Below, in pieces: positions 36,587 through 45,541 of a stretch of 47,931 nucleotides of DNA. Numbering within the stretch: position 1 is the stretch's first letter; each line of letters starts with the position of its first letter. The notes beneath the pieces are model-generated. The model worked only from the letters and a program-made list of their open reading frames with translations. It was not told where the DNA came from and did not search any database. The stretch is from the IMG/VR virus record IMGVR_UViG_3300025669_000056, positions 1 through 47,931 of that record; one strand, given 5' to 3'. The DNA comes from a virus (Duplodnaviria; Caudoviricetes). The translations under genes and the position numbers were made by a program.

Positions 36587-36999
36587 CAGCTTATGAATGG
36601 TCACAGATAGTCCATTTTAAGCCAACACTGACAGGTGATAAATTCGGTGATCCTGTGAGGATGGATTTCGAACTTATGCAGACGCTTGATGCTTTCAGAA
36701 CTTACGAAGACAAGCCAGTTATTGTTCATTGCGGCTATGAAGATCGAAAGACTGGTTGGCATCCAAAGGGCAAAGCCATTGATCTTCATGTTGTGGGTGT
36801 GAGTGTTATGAACCAGTTTTTAGCAGCACAGCGTTTTCCAGGCTTCACTGGCATAGGAATCTATTCTTGGTGGAACAGTCCTGGGTTACATCTTGATAAC
36901 AGACCGAGAACAAAGAATCAACCCCGAAGTTTTTGGGGATCACCGTCACCAGGGAAATACGTTCCTGTGACAAGAGAGTTTTTATATAGAACACTTTAA
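36583..36999 (+). CDS. Peptidase M15-family endolysin
   Basis: HCGYE...WHPKGKAIDLHV...GIGIY...LHLD (Zn ligands His, Asp, His). Confidence 0.8.
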   Translation: MTAYEWSQIVHFKPTLTGDKFGDPVRMDFELMQTLDAFRTYEDKPVIVHCGYEDRKTGWHPKGKAIDLHVVGVSVMNQFLAAQRFPGFTGIGIYSWWNSPGLHLDNRPRTKNQPRSFWGSPSPGKYVPVTREFLYRTL

Positions 37000-37013
37000 A
37001 GAAGGAGAAGACA

Positions 37014-37388
37014 ATGGGACTTGAACTATTAATTCCGATACTCGGAACAATACTGACAATGGCTACATCGTGGGGGCTGGCTGAACTGAGCAAATGGGTG
37101 GCTAGTCGAACAAAGAATGAAAACGCAGCAGCAGCGATGAAGCATATTGCTTTGACAACTGAGACTGTTGTGAAAGGTCTTACGCAATCCGTGGCGAAGT
37201 ACTACAAAGAACAAAACGTAGATGGTAAGCTTAACAAAGACCAGAGGGATGCTTTGAAGAACATGGCTATTGCTAAGGTCAAGGCTCAGGTTCCTTTGAG
37301 TGTTAAAGCTCTCTCTGCGTTGGCTATTGACTCCTTAGATGACCTGATTTCATCTCAAGTTGAAAGAGTCATACATGATGGGAAGTAA
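37014..37388 (+). CDS. Putative holin (LL-H-like)
   Basis: N-terminal TM followed by a helical domain (VVKGLTQ...DGKL...LISSQVE); next to the endolysin. Confidence 0.6.
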   Translation: MGLELLIPILGTILTMATSWGLAELSKWVASRTKNENAAAAMKHIALTTETVVKGLTQSVAKYYKEQNVDGKLNKDQRDALKNMAIAKVKAQVPLSVKALSALAIDSLDDLISSQVERVIHDGK

Positions 37389-37411
37389 GCAGGTGTTTTT
37401 ATAAAAAATTA

Positions 37412-37440
37412 TTGACAAAAGCTTGTTAACCTGGTAGAAT
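37412..37440 (+). promoter_or_regulatory. Sigma70 promoter for the head operon
   Basis: TTGACA-17 bp-TAGAAT with extended -10 TG and an A/T-rich UP element. Confidence 0.8.
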
Positions 37441-37473
37441 TATAGGTAAAGGGACAGCAAGGAGAATAATCAG

Positions 37474-37680
37474 ATGTTTGCAAAGACAAAGTTAATAAAG
37501 CTACTACTTGCAGAAGTTGAGCGTAAAGATAAGATCATTGAAAGATTAACTAGCAGGATAGTCATGATGGACTTTGGGACACCGAAAGAGAAGATAGAAG
37601 TAAGTGGTTCTTCCGATGACGGAATCCCTATTGATCTTGAGTCCATGATAGGAGAAGTTATCCCTTATGCGCCTGAATAA
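37474..37680 (+). CDS. Hypothetical protein
   Basis: AAGGAG RBS; precedes the portal gene. Confidence 0.6.
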   Translation: MFAKTKLIKLLLAEVERKDKIIERLTSRIVMMDFGTPKEKIEVSGSSDDGIPIDLESMIGEVIPYAPE

Positions 37681-39595
37681 GATACCTAAAGCACCAGAAA
37701 GTTCACGTCCTGCGGTGAAGAAGCCAGAAGGTAAGGATGATCTGTGGAGTGAGGTCAAGAACAAGGTCGATGATGGACTTGACACACGAAGACCATTCGA
37801 ATGCTTCTGGATTTTGAACCTCGCGTTCTTACATGGGCGACAGAACGTCTTCTTTAACAGTGCAGCTCATATGCTTCAACAAGTTCTCCCGACTAAGAAC
37901 AAATATAAGGTCGTTGATAATCAGCTTTTTCCAAAGTGGAGACGGCAGGTTAACGACCTCATAAGGGCAAGACCTTCGATGTCCGTGGTTCCTAATTCAG
38001 ATGAAGATTCTGATATTCAAGCAGCTAATGCCGGGGATAAGTTTCTTAAGCACTTCTGGCGTAATGGTAAGATGGCTAAGAAGACTCGAAAGTTAGCTGC
38101 TTGGGTCCATTCTTGTGGGAGTGGATTTTTAGTGGATAGTTGGAATAAGAAGCTCGGACCAGAGGCAGTTGAAGAAGGCTCCGGTAAGATCGTTTACCAA
38201 GGTGATGCCGACGTTAGTGTCTGGAGTCCCTTTGAGATCTTAGTTCCGTCAGCAGCGCAGGATGACTGTGACGATGGTGATTGGATTATCAAAAGAAGAT
38301 GGCATACGTTGGAATGGATTTCTGCTTATGCTAAGAGAGGCTCCGAAGTACCGGCAGAAGACAGGTTGACTCATACCTTCGAGCATGTCTACCTTCTTGA
38401 TCAAGTCGGTGGTGTAGGAAGTGGAAAAGAAGAAGGGGCTTTTGTGGTAGATCTTTACATGAAGCCTTGTAAGAAATATCCAAAAGGAAAGTTTATCTCT
38501 GCTGCTAACGGGGTTATTCTCAGCAGCAGAGATTATCCACACTTGTACTACCCGATTGAACAGTTCAAAGATATCGAAATGCCTGGACTTTTCTGGGGTG
38601 TTGCCACTATGGGATTTGGAATCATTCTTCAGAAGATTTGGAATGACACACTCAGTGATGTCTACGAATACAATAGTACAATGGCAAGAGGGAAGTGGTT
38701 AGCTCCGAGAAATTGTCACATGGGAGAAGGGCCGGATAGTTCTCATGGTGAAGTCGTAGAGTATGATGTTGTTCTAGGAAGAAAGCCTGAACATCTTACG
38801 CTTAAAGGACTCACTGCGACATACAATGATATTCTCGGTATTATCGCCAAGTCATTGAACGATCTGTTCTCACAACATGAGGTCTCCCAAGGAACGAACA
38901 AGAGTGATCTCAGAAGTGGGAGCATGGTAGGTCTGCTGCTTGAGCAAGATGCGATGGGTGGAATCGGAACTCATGCTATTCATGAAGAGAGTCTTGAAGC
39001 AACGATGACCAGGGTTCTTAGACGTGTCCAAGGTGGATATACTGCTCAAAGAATGATTAAGATTCGTGGACAAGAAGGTGACTTTGAAGTTCTTGCTTTT
39101 CAGGGAGCTGATCTTAAGGATAACACCGATGTTCATATAGTTAAACAAAGTACAATCTCAGAGTCAAGAGTCGCTAAGGAACAGCAAGTTCTTGCTAAGT
39201 ACGAAGCCGGTCTCTACGGTGATCCAGCGAATCCAGAAGTCCGCCGTCATGTCATGAAGATGTTGGAAGATGCAGTTGTTAAAGATATCTATTCAGATGA
39301 CATCCTTGACGAGTCTTACGCAAGATGGGAGAATAAGATTATCGCAGCAGAAGAACAAGTGATTCATCTTGTTAATATGTATGACAACCATAGTATTCAT
39401 ATAAAGGAACATACCCACTACAGGAAGTCTTTGGAGTATCAAAAGGAGAAGCTTGATCCTGAGAAGCAACAAGAGTGGACAGCTAAAGATCTCAGATTTA
39501 CTGAACATGAGAAGTTGCATCAAGAATTTCTCCAAGATCAGATTAATGCTCAGTTAGAACGACAAGCAACGATGGAAGGCAAAGGGAGAAAATAA
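37667..39595 (+). CDS. Portal protein
   Basis: 642 aa; W..NLAFLHGRQ, P.MSVVPNS.EDSDIQAA, HEVSQG, HIKEH motifs; upstream of scaffold and capsid. Confidence 0.85.
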   Translation: MRLNKIPKAPESSRPAVKKPEGKDDLWSEVKNKVDDGLDTRRPFECFWILNLAFLHGRQNVFFNSAAHMLQQVLPTKNKYKVVDNQLFPKWRRQVNDLIRARPSMSVVPNSDEDSDIQAANAGDKFLKHFWRNGKMAKKTRKLAAWVHSCGSGFLVDSWNKKLGPEAVEEGSGKIVYQGDADVSVWSPFEILVPSAAQDDCDDGDWIIKRRWHTLEWISAYAKRGSEVPAEDRLTHTFEHVYLLDQVGGVGSGKEEGAFVVDLYMKPCKKYPKGKFISAANGVILSSRDYPHLYYPIEQFKDIEMPGLFWGVATMGFGIILQKIWNDTLSDVYEYNSTMARGKWLAPRNCHMGEGPDSSHGEVVEYDVVLGRKPEHLTLKGLTATYNDILGIIAKSLNDLFSQHEVSQGTNKSDLRSGSMVGLLLEQDAMGGIGTHAIHEESLEATMTRVLRRVQGGYTAQRMIKIRGQEGDFEVLAFQGADLKDNTDVHIVKQSTISESRVAKEQQVLAKYEAGLYGDPANPEVRRHVMKMLEDAVVKDIYSDDILDESYARWENKIIAAEEQVIHLVNMYDNHSIHIKEHTHYRKSLEYQKEKLDPEKQQEWTAKDLRFTEHEKLHQEFLQDQINAQLERQATMEGKGRK

Positions 39596-39897
39596 TGATT
39601 TTAAAAGATAAGAGGACTGTCGAGTTGATAAAGACTTGGCAAGAGTTCTGCATAACCTTTAAGGAGTTACAAAAGCTTTGGGAAAAGGTCAATGAGCTTG
39701 CAGATCAGGAGTTAGTGGAGAGAATCCCTGATAATCAGATTCAGAAAGTTCTTAGCTTGGTCCCATATAGCATGAAATTCCGCCTTGGAGTTCCTAAGTT
39801 TATAAGACAGTTAAGCTTGGTAGGTGGGCTTGAAACTTTTATTATAGGCAAAGAAGTAAGTTTAAAAGAAAAGAAAAAGGAGAAGAAAGATGGGTGA
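39595..39897 (+). CDS. Hypothetical protein
   Basis: TAATG-coupled ORF in the head operon. Confidence 0.6.
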   Translation: MILKDKRTVELIKTWQEFCITFKELQKLWEKVNELADQELVERIPDNQIQKVLSLVPYSMKFRLGVPKFIRQLSLVGGLETFIIGKEVSLKEKKKEKKDG

Positions 39898-40660
39898 AGA
39901 ATCTGGGGAAGACAAAGGTGGGGAAGACAAAGGAATCAAAGTCGGTGAAGAAACTTTTACCGTTGAGATGGTAGCTGCTATGGCAGAAGAAAATAAAACT
40001 CTTAAGACCGGCACAGAAGCTGTTGCAGAAGTTACGGCTTTTACTGCTAAGCATAACATAACATCGAAACAGTTTATTGAGCAGTCAGAAGAAGCTTTTA
40101 CTGTTCTTAATGGACTGATAGAAGGTGGTGTTATTGACAATGAAGGGAAGGTTGTTGTAAAAGAATTGAAAGCATTGGACCTTGACAAGAAGAAACTTGG
40201 TGGTGAAAAGAACGAGGATGATGTATTGACTCTGGATACAGTAAAAGAGCTTATGGAAAAGACTCTTAAGCCGTATAAGGACGAGATCGTCAATCTTAAG
40301 GGTGACAACAATAAGCTTTATACCCACGCTCTCCAGAGTTCTATCTCTAAAGAATATCCTGATGCTACTACAGAGCAGATAGCACAAGCTATCGCAAGAG
40401 GCAATCGTGATAAGACCAAGAAGATCTTCGGGCATGTGGATGATGTTCTCGTTGAAGCAGTGAAGACTGGTGCTGCCGCAGAAGAAGCATTCGCAAAGAA
40501 ATATGGACTTGATCTTAACGAATTAAAAGAACAAGGTGGTGATGTAACTGCGGAGACAATCGTGGGTAAGAAGAGGTTGAGCTTCAAGGGTGGTGAAGGA
40601 ACATTGACTCCACGCGAAGCAGTTACAGCGTTCTTTAAAGGTAAAGGAATGAAGGGGTAA
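39890..40660 (+). CDS. Capsid scaffolding protein (putative)
   Basis: Charged helical protein immediately upstream of the major capsid gene. Confidence 0.7.
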   Translation: MGEESGEDKGGEDKGIKVGEETFTVEMVAAMAEENKTLKTGTEAVAEVTAFTAKHNITSKQFIEQSEEAFTVLNGLIEGGVIDNEGKVVVKELKALDLDKKKLGGEKNEDDVLTLDTVKELMEKTLKPYKDEIVNLKGDNNKLYTHALQSSISKEYPDATTEQIAQAIARGNRDKTKKIFGHVDDVLVEAVKTGAAAEEAFAKKYGLDLNELKEQGGDVTAETIVGKKRLSFKGGEGTLTPREAVTAFFKGKGMKG

Positions 40661-40665
40661 GATAA

Positions 40666-42063
40666 ATGGCCTATACAGGAAGTACTGCTGCTATTCTGAG
40701 TAACTATGATGAAGTCTTGAAGACTTTTTATCTGGAAGCAATTCAGGAGCAGCTAAATCATGATACTTTTCTCAGTGATGTTATTGATACGAATGAGACA
40801 GATATCAGTGGAAAAAATGCGACTATTGAGTGCCACTACGGAAGAACTGGTGGTCTTGGTGCAAGAGCTGATGGCGGTGCATTGCCTGAAGCCGATTACC
40901 AGAAATATAAGAAATGTACTGTTCCGACAAAGTACAACTATGGTAGGGTTACTTTCAGTGGGCCTACGATTAAAGCGACTGCCGATAGCAAGGGTGCTTA
41001 TGCAAGGGTGATTGATACAGAAATCACTGGCGCTATGGTGGATATGCAGAAAGATATTAACCGGCAACTCTGGGGAGCTGGCTACGGTCTCCTGGGAAGA
41101 TGGCGTTCTTCTGAGAGTGGAACATCTTATACTTTGCAAAAGAAGTATCGTGGGAATAGCGTTGGTGGTGATGCCTTTGGGAGTGGCTTCGGTGCGAAGT
41201 ATTTTAAAGAATTCACCAAAGGTGTTCCGGTTGTTCTAACACTGAGTAGTGGAACTACTGCTGCTGTTGTTGATGGTACGAATATCGCAGTAAGCGCAGT
41301 TGATGATACCACTAGTGGAGACTACGATACTATCACTGTGACTGATCCAAGCGTTACAGAAGCTGCTTCTACTTTCTATGTAAGACCTGCTAATATGGTG
41401 AGCTTGACAAGTACAAGTGGAGCTGGTGCAGGTAGGTTGGAAATGATGGGACTCAGGGGGGTTGTTACAAACACGAATCTGGATGACATCTCTTTTACTG
41501 ACGGTGCTTCCAATGTCGGCTTTGCCTCTGCAAGTGCTCCGACAGAGGACAGTCTCCAAGGTCTCAGTGTAGACACTTACAGTTGGTTTAAGTCCACTGT
41601 TAAGTCTTCTTCCGCTGGTCGTTATAAAGGTCAGAGACAATTGACTGAAGATCTGATGCAGAGAACTTTTGACGATGTTGAGATTGCTGTGGGTGCTGGT
41701 AAAGGTCCGAATGTTATCCTTACGACTCATGCCATTCGGCGAGAATATCTGGCTATGATGAGAGCTGCTGAGATCAAGGTTAATACCATGAAGCTCAGTG
41801 GGGGGTGGACAGCACTTGATTATAACGGGATTCCGCTTATGGTAGATACAGATGCTATTGACGGGGAGATTTATTTCCTCTCAACGCAGTATCTCAACAT
41901 CTACCGGATGAGTGACTACGAGTGGATGTCTAAAGACGGTGCGATTCTCAGTCGGATCACAGGCTACGATGCTTATGAAGCTGTCATCTTCCGATATGCA
42001 GAGCTTGGTACGACACGTCGGAATGCTCATGGTGTTTTGACTGATCTCAGTTATTCTAATTAA
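40666..42063 (+). CDS. Major capsid protein (HK97 fold)
   Basis: LKTFYLEAIQEQLN, GARADGGALPEA, YNYGRVTFSG, KDINRQLWG, GGWTALDYNGIPLMVD, RRNAHGVLTDL. Confidence 0.9.
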   Translation: MAYTGSTAAILSNYDEVLKTFYLEAIQEQLNHDTFLSDVIDTNETDISGKNATIECHYGRTGGLGARADGGALPEADYQKYKKCTVPTKYNYGRVTFSGPTIKATADSKGAYARVIDTEITGAMVDMQKDINRQLWGAGYGLLGRWRSSESGTSYTLQKKYRGNSVGGDAFGSGFGAKYFKEFTKGVPVVLTLSSGTTAAVVDGTNIAVSAVDDTTSGDYDTITVTDPSVTEAASTFYVRPANMVSLTSTSGAGAGRLEMMGLRGVVTNTNLDDISFTDGASNVGFASASAPTEDSLQGLSVDTYSWFKSTVKSSSAGRYKGQRQLTEDLMQRTFDDVEIAVGAGKGPNVILTTHAIRREYLAMMRAAEIKVNTMKLSGGWTALDYNGIPLMVDTDAIDGEIYFLSTQYLNIYRMSDYEWMSKDGAILSRITGYDAYEAVIFRYAELGTTRRNAHGVLTDLSYSN

Positions 42064-42113
42064 GAAGGATTAAAAGGGGCTTGTCGGGAGGCTGGCCCCT
42101 GGGAGGAAAAGAT

Positions 42114-42728
42114 ATGGCTCTTGGAAATGAAAAATTTGCTTGGAAGCTAAGACGGAAAACCTTCTATGCAAAAGATGCTCACGACGTTATTGGAACGGCA
42201 GGAGCAGATATAGGTGGAGGTGCTGGTGCGCCAGTGGTGACAATCCAAGGTGGTGCTGGAGTTCTCGGTGCTGTTTTTATAGGTGCAGATGCCGATGAGG
42301 TTCATTGGTTTATTCCTGTACCTTGGGATTGGGACACTGGCACACAGATGCTTGGAAGAGTTTTCTTCTGTCATAGTGCTACTGATGCCGATACTCCGGT
42401 TTTTACCATAAAGACTAAGTTCCATGCGAAGCAAGCTACAGTCGTGGACATGGATACTGCCGATGACAAAAGCGTGGCATTCGATGCACACACTTGTTCC
42501 ACTACTGCTGAAAGTCTTGAGATGACAGATTGGGCTGATCTAGAGTGGGATGCTGCTTTTGCAGAAGATGACGCGATGGTTGGGATTATTCTTATCTGTA
42601 CCACTATGAGTGGAAGTGCTAATGAGATCGAACTCCTTGGCTTCCAGCTTATGTACGAGGCTAATCGCTTTGACAAGTGGGGTAGGAAACAAACATCGGC
42701 TAATGCTATTAATGAGCAGCCGGTATAA
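42114..42728 (+). CDS. Putative capsid decoration/minor virion protein
   Basis: GGAGG RBS before ATG 42114; beta-rich; follows the capsid gene and a GC hairpin at 42075-42100. Confidence 0.6.
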   Translation: MALGNEKFAWKLRRKTFYAKDAHDVIGTAGADIGGGAGAPVVTIQGGAGVLGAVFIGADADEVHWFIPVPWDWDTGTQMLGRVFFCHSATDADTPVFTIKTKFHAKQATVVDMDTADDKSVAFDAHTCSTTAESLEMTDWADLEWDAAFAEDDAMVGIILICTTMSGSANEIELLGFQLMYEANRFDKWGRKQTSANAINEQPV

Positions 42729-42833
42729 CTAAGGACGGTGCTGGCTTTTCTAGAGTCCCTCGGCCTATAACTGAGGGTGTATTCTCCACTCTGGGAAGGC
42801 TGACATCGACCTCAACGAAAAGGAGAAAGTAGA

Positions 42834-43628
42834 ATGGAACAGAAAAAAGAACTTTGTCTGTACGACTCGAATAGAATGATTGATATCTTGGCTCCAGTCG
42901 CAAGTGCTTTACAAAAAGGTGACTGGTATATGAAAGGTGGATTGATCTACTACGCGACGATAAGTCCGGTGAATAGTGGATGGAACCAAACGATTCCTTG
43001 CCCAGATAGAGACTGCATAAGGTGGTTACATATCTTCTTTAATGCTTATAACATAGTACCAAAGCCTTGTTTCGGTTGCTTTAAAATCGTGACAATGCCT
43101 CAGACAGTCAAGGATCTTATGAGAGTTAAGACCGTACAAGAACGTATGGGACTTCCTGCGAAGTGTGGGATCGAAGAACGTGGCTACGTTGAGAGGAACT
43201 ACGGCGGTTACTGGTATGCACCATTAGGAAAAGGTCTTAAGGTTGCCAGAAGGCTGTTGAACGAGGTGAAGAAGCAGCTTGTGTTTGAGTTCGGCGAAGA
43301 AGCCGCGCCACATACGATTCTTAAGAGAGGTTGTACTGAGATGGAACGATCTTGGGGACCGTCGCATGAGTGGGGTTATGATGTAAGACTTGAGATGTTG
43401 TATGAACTTCTCGAAGCTGGCTATGCAAAGATTCCGGTAGACCACAAAGATCCTTCGATGAAGATGCCTCATACGTTGAATCGTTGGATTGAATTTGCAG
43501 CGTCTATAGGAGATATGACCTATAAAGAGTTTAAACCAGTGCTTCATCCAAGTCCAGTAGATTATACTTTTGAGAATCATGGTGTTGAGGAAGAAGAGAT
43601 TGTGGTGATCGGAGGCGATGATGAGTAA
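42834..43628 (+). CDS. Cys-motif hypothetical protein
   Basis: CPDRDC, PCFGCFK, KCGIEER, KRGCTEME. Confidence 0.75.
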   Translation: MEQKKELCLYDSNRMIDILAPVASALQKGDWYMKGGLIYYATISPVNSGWNQTIPCPDRDCIRWLHIFFNAYNIVPKPCFGCFKIVTMPQTVKDLMRVKTVQERMGLPAKCGIEERGYVERNYGGYWYAPLGKGLKVARRLLNEVKKQLVFEFGEEAAPHTILKRGCTEMERSWGPSHEWGYDVRLEMLYELLEAGYAKIPVDHKDPSMKMPHTLNRWIEFAASIGDMTYKEFKPVLHPSPVDYTFENHGVEEEEIVVIGGDDE

Positions 43629-44097
43629 CATAATCCTTGATGCGAACACAGCGAAACAGAAGGAATGGAAGCGTTCCAATGATGTTGCCATGATTCCAGA
43701 CAAAGGTTTTACTAAGCAACTCAAGAAGCTCGACGATGAGTATGAAGTTATCTGGGACTGTGTTTCTTGTAAGTGGGAGATCTGGAAGCTGCCAAAGGCT
43801 TCTGGTCAGACACCTTACCATGTTCTCACGGTACAGACAGAGGGTATGAGTTATAAGGATCTGGGTCAGCATGTGCTGCTTAAGCTCACGGAGTATAGCT
43901 GGGATCGCTACACTGCTGCTCAGCTTGCAGATTACCTGGATGAGCTTGATAACCAAGTCCAACGACGTAAGATGAAAGATTTTAGCAACAAGATCGAAGC
44001 GATTGCACTTGATACTTACAATCTCTCACATGGGATTTTGAGTGTGCAGGTTCCGAGGAAATACAAAATTGAAAGGATCGTGAAAGAGGATGGGTGA
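43618..44097 (+). CDS. Conserved phage morphogenesis-region protein
   Basis: LKKLD....VIWD....KWEI...Y..L...VL..L pattern; synteny. Confidence 0.6.
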   Translation: MMSNIILDANTAKQKEWKRSNDVAMIPDKGFTKQLKKLDDEYEVIWDCVSCKWEIWKLPKASGQTPYHVLTVQTEGMSYKDLGQHVLLKLTEYSWDRYTAAQLADYLDELDNQVQRRKMKDFSNKIEAIALDTYNLSHGILSVQVPRKYKIERIVKEDG

Positions 44098-44707
44098 GGA
44101 GAATAAGTCTAATCTTCAGAGTATTATAAAAAGCGTCTTGGGTAGAAATACTGATAAGCCCTTTGTTAAGCGTATATTAGATCCTAATCGTAAATCAATA
44201 AAGAATGAGGATGGAACTGAATCCACACATCTCATGGCATGGGGATCTGTTGATAACAAGCATATTGTTTATCCGACTATCACTGAGACTGACGGTGTGT
44301 TAAAGAAGCATGGAGACAAAGAAGCCATAACTAAAGCATTAAAAGAAGATAACTTTATAGAATTTAAAACTCCTGCTGCTGCTGATCTGTTTTCCAAGGC
44401 TTATAAACTTGGTACAAATCAGCCTAACGGATTTAAGAAAGGAGCTGATACTTTGGCTAACAAAGAACAAATAAAACCGTTTCAACAGACAAAGGAAAAG
44501 AAGTCTTTCTCTCAACAGTACGTCAAGGCTACTAAGTTAGAACAATTCCTTAAGACGAGAGTTGAGGCTGGTGAGCAGAGGCTCATGAGCGACAAGGATC
44601 TTTTGAAACAGACACAGAGTGGAATGGCTCTTATGATTAAGCATGCTGAAGGCCATATTATTAATAAGAAAGAATCTCTTGACGGGATGGAAGGTCTTCG
44701 AGAATGA
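44090..44707 (+). CDS. Hypothetical virion-region protein
   Basis: N.DG..STHLMA...VYPTI...AL.....I.F.T...A..FS..YK domain plus a helical tail. Confidence 0.65.
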   Translation: MGEENKSNLQSIIKSVLGRNTDKPFVKRILDPNRKSIKNEDGTESTHLMAWGSVDNKHIVYPTITETDGVLKKHGDKEAITKALKEDNFIEFKTPAAADLFSKAYKLGTNQPNGFKKGADTLANKEQIKPFQQTKEKKSFSQQYVKATKLEQFLKTRVEAGEQRLMSDKDLLKQTQSGMALMIKHAEGHIINKKESLDGMEGLRE

Positions 44708-45540
44708 ACTCTGCTTATCTACTTGAAGAACTCAGGGCTAATGTCGGAGAGACTGATGCGGAGAAGCATTGGACTGATGCAGAGTTGCTGAGGAAGCTTA
44801 GTTTCTCGCATAAGAAGGCCGGATTCATGGTGAGTGCTTCTGATGGGGATAGGCTTCAGAAATCTACTGATCTTATACCTTCGAGTTCCATTGTCACACT
44901 ACCGAGTGATTTCTCTAAGTTCAACTACATGGAAGAGAAGGTCTCTGGCAGAGAGATTCCTTTGGTTAATACAGTGCGAGAGCGTAGGGTGAACCGGAGC
45001 TATGCTACTGGTCTGGATCTCGGAACGCTCTCGTGCTACTTCTCTGGAGACACTATTGAGATTAATCATGATGACTACAGCACAGTCGTGACTCTGTGGT
45101 ATGAACCAAAGATCATAAATCTTCACGCTGGCATAGGCTTCACAGGTAGCACAACGAATACTATAGTCTTTGAGGTTGCTAATGATCCAAGTTTCGTAGA
45201 TGATTATTACAATGACACATCTTTTACAATCATAGCTGGAACCGGATTAGGAACGACGGTAGCAGTCAGTGACTACGTTGGAGCTACTTACACAGCTACA
45301 CTTGCCGGGACATTTAGCACCAGTTCCGTTTACGGATCTATTTCTCCGTTGCCAGAAGAATGCGCTGAGTTCATAGTTCTTGACGCAACAGTAAGTGCAA
45401 TGGCTAAACCTTCGGCTGCTCTTGATCCAAAATATTTTGAATACTTCCGTAGCCGTCTTGCCGATGCAAGAAGACTCTTAGATGGATGGCTTGCGGTAAG
45501 ATCTAGAGGGAATAAACACATAAGATACTCAGGGAGTTGA
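44704..45540 (+). CDS. Head-tail adaptor / tail tubular protein A-like
   Basis: L...R...GE......WTDAEL, TLPSDF, PLPEE...IV..A pattern with an inserted DDYYN...AGTG.G...DY.G module. Confidence 0.7.
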   Translation: MNSAYLLEELRANVGETDAEKHWTDAELLRKLSFSHKKAGFMVSASDGDRLQKSTDLIPSSSIVTLPSDFSKFNYMEEKVSGREIPLVNTVRERRVNRSYATGLDLGTLSCYFSGDTIEINHDDYSTVVTLWYEPKIINLHAGIGFTGSTTNTIVFEVANDPSFVDDYYNDTSFTIIAGTGLGTTVAVSDYVGATYTATLAGTFSTSSVYGSISPLPEECAEFIVLDATVSAMAKPSAALDPKYFEYFRSRLADARRLLDGWLAVRSRGNKHIRYSGS

Positions 45541-45541
45541 G

